Below, one piece after another: positions 1-10,228 of a stretch of 64,000 bases of DNA (positions are counted from its first letter, which is position 1; each line of letters begins with the position of its first letter). A model generated the notes under the pieces. That model did not search any database. It was given only the letters and a program-made list of their open reading frames with translations, and was not told the origin of the DNA. The stretch comes from Thermoproteota archaeon (GTDB taxonomy: Archaea > Thermoproteota > Nitrososphaeria_A > Caldarchaeales > Calditenuaceae): assembly GCA_030550235.1 (NCBI GenBank), contig JAUQPU010000002.1:92602-156601 (forward strand), in the 5' to 3' direction. Position numbers and translations under genes: made by a program.

Positions 1-676
1 CTGCCGCCCTCTCGATTGTTTTAGCCGCTATGATGAGGGAGAGGCACTCCTGTGGATTTTTGAGGCCGAGCGTTGCGAGCCTCCGCGGACTTGATATCCC
101 TATGTTCAGCTGCCTAACTGCGAAGTGGTAAAACCTATCCACGTCGTAGTCTCTCTGGACTATATCCTGCGCCAGCCCCTCATCGTTGTTCTCTATCGCG
201 AATAGCGCATCCCTCTGCATGCTCGCAGCCAGATCCGCCATCCTCTCAATAACCTTCACAGGAGGTAGGCTGTCATGGGTCGGCAGACATTGTGTTACTA
301 TCCCGTGAAGGGTCTCGCTGACTATCTCAACACCGACCAGCCACCTCCTCATCATCTCCTTCAACTCCTTCGTATGCCTATAGCCCGTCTCACCAAACTC
401 CAGCCTAATCACGTTAAACCCGGCAATATACGCCGAGAGATAAAGGCGGAGTACATCCTCGGGTCCCGCATCGGCTGGAATCCTGACAGTGGTCTCCTCA
501 ACAACCTCGCGCTGATCAAGGGCCGCTGGCCAAAGTATAAGCCCACCGCCAGGCTCCTCCATCAAGTAGAGCTCGTCATGGGGCTTCAAACCCACATTCT
601 TCACCCACTCCTGCGGGAGAGACACGATCAGGGTTGAGCCCCCTGTTTTCTGTATGCGGCGGGAGTAGACGGGCAT
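1..676 (-). CDS. Phosphate uptake regulator, N-terminal AbrB-like domain + PhoU domains (runs off window start)
   Basis: Hand translation from ATG at 676: MPVYSRRIQKTGGSTLIVSLPQEWVKNVGLK (AbrB-type) ... IVQRDYDVDRFY ... AKTIERAA (PhoU-type). Divergent from pstS. Absent from ORF track because truncated. Confidence 0.88.
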   Translation of the reverse strand, partial: MPVYSRRIQKTGGSTLIVSLPQEWVKNVGLKPHDELYLMEEPGGGLILWPAALDQREVVEETTVRIPADAGPEDVLRLYLSAYIAGFNVIRLEFGETGYRHTKELKEMMRRWLVGVEIVSETLHGIVTQCLPTHDSLPPVKVIERMADLAASMQRDALFAIENNDEGLAQDIVQRDYDVDRFYHFAVRQLNIGISSPRRLATLGLKNPQECLSLIIAAKTIERAA

Positions 677-678
677 GT

Positions 679-800
679 GATGTCAACTATTTAGTGATAG
701 AAGTTGAATATATAGACATCTCCATTCTTGGTTCTATATATAGAGAAGTGTATATAAAATATTGAATATAGGTTTAGATTAAATAGTCAATATAGTGGAG
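679..800. promoter_or_regulatory. Divergent AT-rich promoter region between the regulator and pstS, with repeated AATATA(TA)G elements
   Basis: TTGAATATATAG 704-715, palindrome TCTATATATAGA 733-744, TATATAAAA 751-759, TTGAATATAG 762-771, TCAATATAG 787-795. Confidence 0.5.
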
Positions 801-811
801 TTAAGGCCGAG

Positions 812-1939
812 ATGATGGCAAACCCGAAAATGGTTGGTCTAATCTTGACATTCCTGCTAGTAGGCGGTGTTGTCGGATACATTACCGGCTGGTATATTGC
901 GGGCTCCTCGATGACTGGTAGGGGATTAACAGTCACTGAGACGCGTTTCGTCGGTGAGGGCGCAAAAACCTCAACTATCACCGAAAGGGTAACTGTAACT
1001 GTCCATGGTCTGACTCAGACAACCGGGCCGCTAGCTGGTGACATCTTAATAGATGGGTCGAGCACAGTCTATCCAATAACCGAAGCTGTCGCTGAAGCCT
1101 TTATGAAGACTTATCCTGCAGTGAAGATATCGGTTGGAATATCTGGGACTGGAGGGGGCTTTAAGAGGTTCATAATGGGTGAGACAGATATCAACGATGC
1201 CTCCAGGCCTATTTTAATGAGTGAGGCACAAACAGCAGAGGCAAATGGTATCCGCTGGATTGAGATACCAGTTGCAATCGATGGCCTCGTAATAGTTGTT
1301 AATAGGGAGAATGATTGGGTAGAATGTTTAACGTTCTCGGAGCTTAAGAAGATCTGGGAGCCTGAAAGCACTGTGACAAAGTGGAGCGACATTAGAGAAG
1401 GATGGCCCGACGAACCAATCCGGCTCTATGGCCCTGGCCCTGACTCAGGGACATTCGACTACTTCACTGAGAGAGTAATAGGAAAGCTAAAGGCTAGTCG
1501 GACAGACTATATAGCCTCTGAAGACGACAATGTCCTTGTGGCAGGAGTTGAGGGAGAGAGATACGCGCTAGGATACTTTGGCTACGCCTACTATCCATAC
1601 GCAGCCGATAAAATTAAAATAGTCGCCGTCAGGGATGACTCAATTCCAGACGCCAGCTGCGTAACACCCACGGATGAGACGGTATCCTCTTATAAGTACC
1701 CGCTTTCAAGACCACTCTTCCTCTATGTCAACAAGAGGTCTTGGGATGAGAAGCCATGGCTAAGAGAGTTTGTCTACTTCTATCTCGAGAATGGAGAGCG
1801 TTTCGTGAAGCAGGTCTCATATACGCCTCTTCCATCAAACTACTATAAAATGGCTGTAGCGACCCTAAAGGCAGGGATTACAGACGGACTATATTCCCTC
1901 TCACAAATATCTATGTGGAAGAACGCAGGGCCCCATTAA
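812..1939 (+). CDS. pstS: Phosphate ABC transporter substrate-binding protein
   Basis: N-terminal TM, Thr-rich linker, IDGSSTVYP, SGTGGGF, DASR, DSGTFDYF, YPLSRPLF motifs. Confidence 0.95.
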   Translation: MMANPKMVGLILTFLLVGGVVGYITGWYIAGSSMTGRGLTVTETRFVGEGAKTSTITERVTVTVHGLTQTTGPLAGDILIDGSSTVYPITEAVAEAFMKTYPAVKISVGISGTGGGFKRFIMGETDINDASRPILMSEAQTAEANGIRWIEIPVAIDGLVIVVNRENDWVECLTFSELKKIWEPESTVTKWSDIREGWPDEPIRLYGPGPDSGTFDYFTERVIGKLKASRTDYIASEDDNVLVAGVEGERYALGYFGYAYYPYAADKIKIVAVRDDSIPDASCVTPTDETVSSYKYPLSRPLFLYVNKRSWDEKPWLREFVYFYLENGERFVKQVSYTPLPSNYYKMAVATLKAGITDGLYSLSQISMWKNAGPH

Positions 1940-2886
1940 TTGAGGATGGAGTAGAATCAAGGATGGTCCTGTCGGCTCGAGCAGAAGAGTTAAAGAAGTC
2001 GATTCAGAGGAGACGCACACTAGATAGGGTCTTTCATACAATTTTTTTGCTTGCTACTTCTGTCTCAACCGTAACTCTAGTAATAATATACCTCACATTG
2101 GGTCTCGAGTCTTTCAACTTCTTCTCTCAAGTCTCTATTATCGAGTTTTTGACAAGCACCAAATGGACCGTGCTATTCGCCGACAAGCACTTTGGAATTC
2201 TCCCATTACTCAACGCGACGATGCTGACCTCCCTAATAGCAATAGCTGTGGCGGCCCCCCTCGGCGTTATGATCGCGCTATACCTCAGCGAATACGCGTC
2301 GGCGACAACAAGGTCGATTGTTAAGCCATTGGTGGAGACGCTTGCCGGAATACCTACCGTTGTTTATGGATACTTCGCGCTCTATTTTCTCACGCCTTCC
2401 CTCCTAAAGCCACTTTTTACTGGGGTACAGAGCCATAACGCCCTCGCTGTAGGGCTGATGATAGGTGTGCTGATTATCCCAATAGTAGCCTCAATAAGCG
2501 ATGACGCTATGAAGGTTGTTCCCGCCGACCTTAGACTCGCGGCCTATGCTATGGGTGCAAGGAAATCGGATGTTGCGTTGAGAGTTGTGCTGCCAGCCGC
2601 CCTCTCCGGCGTCTCCGCCTCAATAATTCTCGCCTTTTCTAGGGCGACTGGTGAGACGATGATAGCCGTCATCGCAGGCGGGTTTAGAAGCGTCTTATCA
2701 TTCAACGTAGGCGACTCCATGGAGACGATGACAGCGTTCATCGCTCAAGTCGCGACTGGAGATGCCCCACACGGCACAATAGAGTATCAATCATTATTCG
2801 CAGTTGGATTATTCCTCCTACTCATCACTGCTGTCCTGAATTATATCGGAATAAAGGTGGTGAAGAGATGGGCAATCAGATATTAA
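1915..2886 (+). CDS. pstC: Phosphate ABC transporter permease PstC (true start possibly ATG 1963)
   Basis: LAGIPTVVYG, SRATGETM motifs; multiple TMs; operon position. Confidence 0.95.
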   Translation: MEERRAPLIEDGVESRMVLSARAEELKKSIQRRRTLDRVFHTIFLLATSVSTVTLVIIYLTLGLESFNFFSQVSIIEFLTSTKWTVLFADKHFGILPLLNATMLTSLIAIAVAAPLGVMIALYLSEYASATTRSIVKPLVETLAGIPTVVYGYFALYFLTPSLLKPLFTGVQSHNALAVGLMIGVLIIPIVASISDDAMKVVPADLRLAAYAMGARKSDVALRVVLPAALSGVSASIILAFSRATGETMIAVIAGGFRSVLSFNVGDSMETMTAFIAQVATGDAPHGTIEYQSLFAVGLFLLLITAVLNYIGIKVVKRWAIRY

Positions 2887-3764
2887 TCGGGACTGGGCGG
2901 CGAGGAGTAAAACTTAAGAAAATACTAGACAAGCTACTGCCATTTATTCTTAGCATCGCAGTCTTCATAGCAGTGGCAACGATAGTATCCCTCCTAATCA
3001 CCTTAATAACGACCGGTGGTCATAGATTATCCTGGAACCTAATCTTGAACTATCCATCATCAAATCCTGAAGAGGCGGGGATGAGGTCCGCCATCCTTGG
3101 AAGCATATTCACGGTAGGCCTCTCAGCCCTAATATGCATCCCGCTAAGCATAGCCACAGCTATATTCCTCGTCGAATACTCGCGCGGAGGCAGGCTCGCG
3201 TCGATACTTAGCTATAACATCTCAAATCTAGCTGGCGTCCCCTCAGTAGTGTTTGGAGTGGTCGGGCTGGGCTTCTTGGCATATGGGCTTGGAATGGGGA
3301 GGACAGTAATCACAGGCGCATTTACACTGGCCGTCTTAACACTACCCCTAGTAACCGTTACATGCGTCGAGGCTCTTAAGACAGTCCCCGACGACCTGAG
3401 GCAAGGCGCATACGCTCTTGGCGCTACAACGGTGCAAGTGGTTAGGCGAGTAGTACTTCCTAGGGCTTTGCCTATGATGCTGACTGGTGGGATACTTGGG
3501 ATAAGTAGGGCGTTGGGAGAGGCTGCCCCTATACTGGTTGTCAGCGGCCTCCTCTTCATCAGGGAGGATCCCGTATCACTCTTCAGCAAATTTACAGTTA
3601 TGCCCCTACAGCTATACAACTGGATCAGTAGGCCTCAACCAGCCTTTGTGGAGCTATCCTCCGCAGGAATCATAATCCTCCTACTGATACTTCTAGCTCT
3701 CAACGCCCTAGCCATATCGCTCAGACAATTACTCGTTAGGAGGATGGAGCAGCTATGGAGATAG
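2868..3764 (+). CDS. pstA: Phosphate ABC transporter permease PstA
   Basis: [19 protein letters not shown] motifs; operon position. Confidence 0.95.
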   Translation: MGNQILIGTGRRGVKLKKILDKLLPFILSIAVFIAVATIVSLLITLITTGGHRLSWNLILNYPSSNPEEAGMRSAILGSIFTVGLSALICIPLSIATAIFLVEYSRGGRLASILSYNISNLAGVPSVVFGVVGLGFLAYGLGMGRTVITGAFTLAVLTLPLVTVTCVEALKTVPDDLRQGAYALGATTVQVVRRVVLPRALPMMLTGGILGISRALGEAAPILVVSGLLFIREDPVSLFSKFTVMPLQLYNWISRPQPAFVELSSAGIIILLLILLALNALAISLRQLLVRRMEQLWR

Positions 3765-4603
3765 AGTCATATAATAAGCTCCAGAAAAGTTACGCGGAGC
3801 TCGGGAAGATGGAGATGATTGAGGAACCTGGGGAAGAAGTGGTGAGGGTGGAGAATCTCAGGGTAGCGTATGGTGAAAAAATAGCAATAGACGAGATCAA
3901 CATATCAATCAAGAGGCGTTACATAACAGCCATAATAGGCCCCTCAGGCTGCGGCAAGTCCACCCTCCTAAGATCCATAAACAGGATGAACGACCTTGTC
4001 CCCGGGGCTAGGGTAAGCGGAAAAGTCTACTTCAACGGCGTAGACATCTATTCGCGGGATGTGGACCCTGTCTTTATCCGTTCGCGGATAGGTATGGTAT
4101 TCCAGAGGCCAAACCCCTTTCCATTCAGCATATTTGATAATGTGGCCTTTGGTCTGAGGGTTAATGGCTTCAAGCTCTCGAAGGATGAGCTTTATGCGAA
4201 GGTGAAGGACGCATTAGTCAAGGCTGCGTTGTGGGATGAGGTGAAGGACCGGTTGGACAAGCATGCATATAGCTTATCGGGTGGTCAGCAGCAGAGGCTA
4301 TGCATTGCGAGAGCCCTAGCCGTCGACCCTGAGGTACTCCTCCTTGACGAGCCCACGGTCTCCCTCGACCCCATATCCACTGCGCGGATAGAATCTCTCC
4401 TCCGCTCAATAAAGGATGAATACACGATAATAATAGTCACTCACAACATGCTCCAGGCGGCGCGCGTCTCAGATTACACGGCTGTAATGATGCCTGATGA
4501 GAAGATGGTGGGGAGAATTATAGAGTTTGGGGATACTAGGGAGATCTTCACTAACCCGCGAGACAAGAGGACTGAGGACTACATTAGTGGGCGTATAGGG
4601 TGA
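3755..4603 (+). CDS. pstB: Phosphate ABC transporter ATPase
   Basis: [41 protein letters not shown]. Confidence 0.97.
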   Translation: MEIESYNKLQKSYAELGKMEMIEEPGEEVVRVENLRVAYGEKIAIDEINISIKRRYITAIIGPSGCGKSTLLRSINRMNDLVPGARVSGKVYFNGVDIYSRDVDPVFIRSRIGMVFQRPNPFPFSIFDNVAFGLRVNGFKLSKDELYAKVKDALVKAALWDEVKDRLDKHAYSLSGGQQQRLCIARALAVDPEVLLLDEPTVSLDPISTARIESLLRSIKDEYTIIIVTHNMLQAARVSDYTAVMMPDEKMVGRIIEFGDTREIFTNPRDKRTEDYISGRIG

Positions 4604-4613
4604 GGGAGAGGCT

Positions 4614-5249
4614 ATGAGCAGGATACTGGATATAGGGCTCCAGCTGCTGTCTCAGCGCATAGAGGAGATGTTCAAGATGGGTATAGACTCTTTTGAAAAG
4701 AGTATTGAGGGCCTGCTAAACTATAAGGATTTTGAGAAGGAGGTGTATGGATATGCGAAGAGGCTTAGAGATCTCTACGAAGAGATTGGGGATATTGCGA
4801 CCGAACTGATAGCTAGGTACCAGCCCGTCGCTAAAGACCTAAGGTACATTCGCTCATGCATGAACATCTCATACGATATTCTGAGGATGGGGAGGTATGC
4901 TCTCGAGATTACGAGGAGCAGTAGGATGCTTGGCTCACTCCTTGAATGCGACTTGACGCCTATATCAGAGGCCGGCGAGGTCGTAGGCCGAATGCTGCGA
5001 GACACACTTGACTCACTCCAGCGGCTTGATGTGGAGACTGCTAGGAAGGTGAAGGAGATGGATGAGCGGATAGACGAGATATATAGGGAGAGGATTAGGG
5101 TGATTACGCTTGAGAGGGATGGCTCGCGGGAGTGTGACGTGGCTATTGTCCTCACGCTCAGAAATCTTGAGCGGATTGCCGACCATGCGACCTACATCTG
5201 CGACGCTGTAGAGTACATTGTTTCGGGGCCTGTAAGGCACCGCGTATAG
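4614..5249 (+). CDS. phoU: Phosphate signalling protein PhoU
   Basis: ARYQPVAKDLR and LERIADHATYI PhoU repeats, immediately after pstB. Confidence 0.92.
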   Translation: MSRILDIGLQLLSQRIEEMFKMGIDSFEKSIEGLLNYKDFEKEVYGYAKRLRDLYEEIGDIATELIARYQPVAKDLRYIRSCMNISYDILRMGRYALEITRSSRMLGSLLECDLTPISEAGEVVGRMLRDTLDSLQRLDVETARKVKEMDERIDEIYRERIRVITLERDGSRECDVAIVLTLRNLERIADHATYICDAVEYIVSGPVRHRV

Positions 5250-5250
5250 A

Positions 5251-6204
5251 CTACTTGTCAGAGGCCTTGGATAGGAGTATGGAGGCTACCGCTGCGTCCT
5301 GAGCAGCTGTCCCAACCGTCTTGAAGACTGTGACCTCCTCCCAGCTTAAGCGTCCGGGCTTCCGACCAGCTATTATCTCACCAATTTCAGCGTACACATC
5401 CTCCCACCTCATCAAGCCTGCCTTAACAGCCTGTATTATCTCCCCTGCCTCCTCCTTAGCCGCTGCTAGGCTGTCTACGACAACCTTGCTTGATGCGAGT
5501 AGGCTTGGGTCTATCTCAGCCATCTCTGGGGTATAAGCGCCTATTGCTGAGATGTGTGTTCCAGGTCTCACCCATTCCTTCCTGACTACGGGGGTCTTAC
5601 TCGTGGTCGCTGTTATGATTATGTCACATGACTTGACCAGCTCCTCGGGCGTGTAGCAGAGCTCAACTTTCCCACCTATTCTGCCGCCCATCTCCTCCGC
5701 AAACTTCTCCGCCCTGTCTCTATACATGTCGAAGGCATAGACCCTCTGTGGTCTCATGACCTGGCTGGTTATTAAGAGCTGCCAGCGGGCCTGGTAGCCG
5801 CACCCTATAATCCCTAGGTTTTTCGAGTCGCTTCTAGCTAGGTGTTTTACTGAGAGGGCTGTGGCCGCCGCTGTTCTCAGCCCTGTTAGGGCTCTCGCCT
5901 CTGCCACCAGTCTTGGGATACCGTTTTCAGGGTCAACAGCTACGACAACAGCGTTGGTGGTTGGCAGCCCCTTCTCCAGATTACCCGGATAGACGGAGAC
6001 GATCTTTAGGGAGAAGACCTTAAGGCTCGGCGCCAGACAAGGCATCAACAATATATCGCCAGCCCCACTAACCCCTATCCTGCTGCGCGGCGGCATCAAG
6101 ACCTCCCCCAGACTCAGGGCCCTAAAGGCCTCGGAAACAGCGCTCAACAGTTCATCAACGGAGACAAGGGCCTCGACATCTCTGTCAGTAAGTATCTTTA
6201 CCAT
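5251..6204 (-). CDS. Ornithine cyclodeaminase/mu-crystallin family protein (archaeal alanine dehydrogenase-like)
   Basis: LTGLRTAAA, IIGCGYQA, HISAIGA, FKTVGTAAQD. Confidence 0.88.
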   Translation of the reverse strand: MVKILTDRDVEALVSVDELLSAVSEAFRALSLGEVLMPPRSRIGVSGAGDILLMPCLAPSLKVFSLKIVSVYPGNLEKGLPTTNAVVVAVDPENGIPRLVAEARALTGLRTAAATALSVKHLARSDSKNLGIIGCGYQARWQLLITSQVMRPQRVYAFDMYRDRAEKFAEEMGGRIGGKVELCYTPEELVKSCDIIITATTSKTPVVRKEWVRPGTHISAIGAYTPEMAEIDPSLLASSKVVVDSLAAAKEEAGEIIQAVKAGLMRWEDVYAEIGEIIAGRKPGRLSWEEVTVFKTVGTAAQDAAVASILLSKASDK

Positions 6205-6324
6205 AACTCTCTGATAGCAAATCGAGGGTTAGATATATAGAATTTATGTATAGCGTCTATTGAGTTGGTCACCGACATGTGGGAAACTTTAAAAGTGGAG
6301 TTTTAGGGAATATAATGGTAGCCC

Positions 6325-6579
6325 TTGTCTGCGGACATTTCGCTGAAGATGCTTGCAAAGTCGCTTGGAGGTACGGTACTAGTTAAGCTGCGGAATGGCC
6401 GAGCCATTCGAGGTCAGCTCAAGGGGTATGACCAGCACATGAACCTTGTTCTCGAGGGAGCTGAAGAAATTAGGGGTGAAAACAACTCGGTTAAGCTTGG
6501 GCTCATAGTTGTGAGGGGTGATAATATAGTGATGATCTCCCCGTCACAGCTGAGGCAGGAGGAGGTTAGTGGTACATGA
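6325..6579 (+). CDS. Sm-like archaeal protein (Lsm/SmAP1)
   Basis: Sm1 [14 protein letters not shown], Sm2 VRGDNIV; conserved linkage to L37e. Confidence 0.95.
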   Translation: MSADISLKMLAKSLGGTVLVKLRNGRAIRGQLKGYDQHMNLVLEGAEEIRGENNSVKLGLIVVRGDNIVMISPSQLRQEEVSGT

Positions 6580-6749
6580 AAGGCACTCCCTCGATGGGTA
6601 AGTTCAAGACCCCGACACATGGGCGCTGCAGGAGATGCGGTAGAAGATCCTTCAACTATAGGCGTGGCAGGTGTGGCCACTGCGGATTTGGAGCTAAGAA
6701 GAAGTGGCGGAGTTATAGATGGATGCGTAGCCTAAAGGAACGCCTCTAA
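6576..6749 (+). CDS. rpl37e: 50S ribosomal protein L37e
   Basis: Hand translation: [57 protein letters not shown]; ATGA overlap with the Lsm stop. Confidence 0.96.
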   Translation: MKGTPSMGKFKTPTHGRCRRCGRRSFNYRRGRCGHCGFGAKKKWRSYRWMRSLKERL

Positions 6750-6765
6750 GACACTGGATTACAGT

Positions 6766-9519
6766 CTAGCTGCTCAGTGCTTCCGCCAGAATCTTCCTGA
6801 CTATATAGGGTAGAATTCCACCGTGCCTATAGTACTCTATCTCTATCGGCGTGTCGAGTCGGAGGATTGCCTCAAAGACGATTGAGGTGCCGTCGCCTCT
6901 CCTAGCTGTTACCTTGACGCGTCTCCTCGGCTGTAGATTTCCAAGCTCGATATCGTAGGATTCTGAGCCGGTTAGGCCGAGGCTCCTCCAACTAGTCCCC
7001 TCCGGGAACTGCAGCGGCAGGACCCCCATACCCACCAAATTACTCCTATGTATCCTCTCAAAACTCTCGGCTATAACTGCCCTCACGCCTAGGAGCCTGG
7101 TCCCCTTGGCCGCCCAGTCCCTTGAGCTTCCGGCACCATACTGCTTGCCCGCGATAACTATCAGGGGGACACCCTCTTCACGATATCTCATAGCCGCGTC
7201 ATAGACGGTCATCTTTGCCCCGTCAGGATAGTGTATCGTCCACCACCCCTCGCCGTCTGGGAGTAGATAGTTCCTGAGGCGGTGGTTTGCAAAGGTTCCG
7301 CGTATCATGACCTCATGGTTTCCCCGCCGCGAGCCGTAGGTGTTGAAATCCACAGGGTCGACTCCGAGGCTCCTCAAGTAGAGCCCGGCTGGGCTGTTCG
7401 GAGGTATGGCGCCGGCTGGTGAGATGTGGTCTGTTGTTACGCGATCTCCAAGGAGGACGAGGACCCTCGCATTCTTTATATCCTCAATGGGTGTGGGCTC
7501 CCTTTGAAACTCCTCGAAGTAGGGTGGTCTTCTGATGTAGGTGGAATCGGGGTCCCAGTTGTAGGTTGAGCTTGTAGGAGGCTTCAGCTCCTCCCATTCA
7601 CCCACACCTGTGAATATCTCGTCATACCGTTTTCTATACATCTCGGTCTTGATTGCCGACTCAATTATCCTCCTAATCTCATTCTGGTCTGGCCAGACAT
7701 CCTTGAGATAGACCGGTTTACCATCCCTCCCCACACCCAGTGGCTCTGTGTAGAAGTCGATATCTATCCTGCCTGCAATCGCATAGGCGACAACCAGTAT
7801 TGGCGAAGCTAGGAAGCTCGCCTTGACTAGGGGGTGTATTCTACCTTCGAAGTTCCTGTTTCCGCTCAGCACAGCGACGGTGTATAGGTCCCTCCTCCTA
7901 ATCTCGGTCTCAACATCGGGAGGTAAGGGGCCGCTGTTCCCTATGCATGTGGTACAGCCGTAGCCCACGATATCGAACCCCAGCTTTGAGAGGTAGGGTA
8001 GGAGGCCAGCCTCTTCGAGATAGTCTGCCACGACCGCGGAGCCCGGCGCGAGGCTTGTCTTCACGTAGGGCCTCCGGCTCAGCCCCCTCTGGACCGCGTT
8101 TCTGGCAAGGAGACCCGCTCCTATCATGACCGCCGGGTTTGAAGTGTTCGTACAGCTAGTGATGGCGGCTATCACCACAGCGCCGTCGGTGAGCTCGAGC
8201 TCCTCTCCACTAGACCTATCAACGGCCCCACTCTCAATTCGCCTATGGCTCACTGAGCCTCCCTCATAATGCCACACACCCACCCGGTTCTCAGAGGCAA
8301 CTGTAACCGGTCTAACCTTCCTCAAAATGTCCAGAAACGCTCTCTTCACCTCTTTCAGCCTTATCCTGTCTTCCGGGTTTGCGGGGCCAGCTATGCTCGG
8401 CTCTATCGAGGATAGGTCGATCTCGACGACCTCTCCATACCTAGCCTCTCTCTCATAGTCTGTGACGAAGAGGCCTTGAAGCTCTGCATATTGTTTGACG
8501 AGCTGGATGTGCTCCTCCCCTCTCGCCGTCATTTTGAGGTAGTTGAGTGTGTGGTTGTCTATGGGGAAGAGGCCTACGGTTGCGCCGTATTCTGGGGCCA
8601 TGTTGGATACCGTGGCCCTGTCAGGGACGTTTAGAGTAGACACGCCGGGGCCGAAGAACTCGACGAACCTCCCCACCACGCCCTTACGCCTCAGAGTCTC
8701 CGTCACAGTCAAAACTAGGTCGGTGGCTGTGGCCGGGGGCTTCAGCTCTCCAACCAGCCTGACACCCACGACATCGGGGATAGGCATGTAGTATGGAAGG
8801 CCAAGCATGACAGCCTCAGCCTCAATGCCGCCGACCCCCCAGCCTAGGACGCCAAGCCCGTTAACCATTGGGGTATGGGAGTCAGTCCCCAGAACCGTGT
8901 CGGGGAATGCCACAAGACCACCATCCCCCCTCCTAACATCCACGACCTTGGCCAGGTTCTCAAGATTTACCTGATGGACAATCCCCCGACCAGGCGGTAT
9001 GACGTGAAAGTTCTTAAAAACACTCTGAGCCCACTTCAAGAGCACGTATCTCTCTCCATTCCTCGCAAACTCTAGGGAGAGGTTTCTCCAGTAGGCTTCT
9101 CTCGAAGCAAAATAGTCTACTTGGATAGAGTGGTCTACTACTAGGTGTGTGGGTATGAGTGGATTGACCTTCATCGGGTCGTAGCCGAGGTTGGAGACCA
9201 CTTCTCGCATGGCGGCTAGGTCGACGACAAGTGGAACGCCAGTGAAGTCCTGTAGCAGGGCGCGGCTGGGCATAAACGGTATCTCGGTGCCGGCTCCCAC
9301 CTTACCCTCGCCAACCGTCTTAACATCATCCAGCGATGCCACTCCAGCAGCGGCGCTTCTCACAACATTCTCAAGCAGAATCTTTAAGCTGAACGGCATC
9401 GAGTCCACATCCCTAGCCAGACCAGCCTCCTCAAGCATTTGCAAGCTGTAATAGTATGCCTCTCCGAGGGGTGTCAGTATCTTCTTCCTCACTCCTCTAA
9501 GCTCCCGATCCAGCTCCAT
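6766..9519 (-). CDS. acnA: Aconitate hydratase A
   Basis: LQDFTGVP, DHSIQVD, GTDSHT, ITSCTNTSNP, GCTTCIGNSG, GSSRDWAAKG. Confidence 0.97.
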   Translation of the reverse strand: MELDRELRGVRKKILTPLGEAYYYSLQMLEEAGLARDVDSMPFSLKILLENVVRSAAAGVASLDDVKTVGEGKVGAGTEIPFMPSRALLQDFTGVPLVVDLAAMREVVSNLGYDPMKVNPLIPTHLVVDHSIQVDYFASREAYWRNLSLEFARNGERYVLLKWAQSVFKNFHVIPPGRGIVHQVNLENLAKVVDVRRGDGGLVAFPDTVLGTDSHTPMVNGLGVLGWGVGGIEAEAVMLGLPYYMPIPDVVGVRLVGELKPPATATDLVLTVTETLRRKGVVGRFVEFFGPGVSTLNVPDRATVSNMAPEYGATVGLFPIDNHTLNYLKMTARGEEHIQLVKQYAELQGLFVTDYEREARYGEVVEIDLSSIEPSIAGPANPEDRIRLKEVKRAFLDILRKVRPVTVASENRVGVWHYEGGSVSHRRIESGAVDRSSGEELELTDGAVVIAAITSCTNTSNPAVMIGAGLLARNAVQRGLSRRPYVKTSLAPGSAVVADYLEEAGLLPYLSKLGFDIVGYGCTTCIGNSGPLPPDVETEIRRRDLYTVAVLSGNRNFEGRIHPLVKASFLASPILVVAYAIAGRIDIDFYTEPLGVGRDGKPVYLKDVWPDQNEIRRIIESAIKTEMYRKRYDEIFTGVGEWEELKPPTSSTYNWDPDSTYIRRPPYFEEFQREPTPIEDIKNARVLVLLGDRVTTDHISPAGAIPPNSPAGLYLRSLGVDPVDFNTYGSRRGNHEVMIRGTFANHRLRNYLLPDGEGWWTIHYPDGAKMTVYDAAMRYREEGVPLIVIAGKQYGAGSSRDWAAKGTRLLGVRAVIAESFERIHRSNLVGMGVLPLQFPEGTSWRSLGLTGSESYDIELGNLQPRRRVKVTARRGDGTSIVFEAILRLDTPIEIEYYRHGGILPYIVRKILAEALSS

Positions 9520-9579
9520 CTATCTCTTCAGAAAATAGCGGCGGCCACCTGATTTTTAACCTTGGCTCAAAACACTGCC

Positions 9580-10101
9580 TCAGCTACGAGCAACATGCAC
9601 CATGTGGGGCAGCTCCGGTCCTATTAGTTTGAGGGCTGTCTCCACCGCGTCGGGAGAGCCTGGGAGAGCAAGTACTATAGACCCACGGATAACTCCTGCT
9701 AGGCATCTTGAGAGCGCGGCGTGAAACCCTACCTTCCTATAGCTCTCTAACCTAAAGACCTCTCCAACCCCCTCGATCTCCTTCTCTAGGAGGGGGCGCA
9801 AGGCCTCCACTGTCACGTCCCTCCTCGAAATCCCTGTTCCTCCTATCACGGCTACCACGTCAAACCCCTCCACTAAAGCCCGTGATAACGTGGCCCTTAT
9901 CCCCAACACATCGTCGCCAACTATTCCCATGTGGACAACATCGTGGCCAAGCTCCTCCAACATCCGCTTAGCAGTCTCTGAGGAGTCATCCTTGAAGGGC
10001 TCACCCCTAACCATGGCCTGGTAGCGGGAGGTGCTGGATCTGATGATGGCTACGCGTAGCCTTTTAGGCGCTGCTGATCTATGAGACTCCGCAGCGCTCA
10101 A
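9580..10101 (-). CDS. moaB: MoaB/MogA family molybdopterin adenylyltransferase
   Basis: GGTGISRRDVTVEA, ALPGSP. Confidence 0.88.
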   Translation of the reverse strand: MSAAESHRSAAPKRLRVAIIRSSTSRYQAMVRGEPFKDDSSETAKRMLEELGHDVVHMGIVGDDVLGIRATLSRALVEGFDVVAVIGGTGISRRDVTVEALRPLLEKEIEGVGEVFRLESYRKVGFHAALSRCLAGVIRGSIVLALPGSPDAVETALKLIGPELPHMVHVARS

Positions 10102-10228
10102 GTCAAGATACTATCTCCTAATGCGATATTAAGGGTTGGGTTAAACCCAGTTTGGATCTCTGAGATGTAATTATTGAGGCTGAATTATGGTTTATATCTT
10201 ACTTGAACTGAGATTGGGCAGGTGATCT

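Noticed and set aside
275-637. 120-aa plus-strand ORF
   Set aside because: Antisense shadow of the AbrB-PhoU gene on the minus strand
6414-6680. 88-aa minus-strand ORF and the many other short antisense or alternate-frame ORFs in the track
   Set aside because: They overlap well-supported genes (here Lsm and L37e) and show no recognisable motifs
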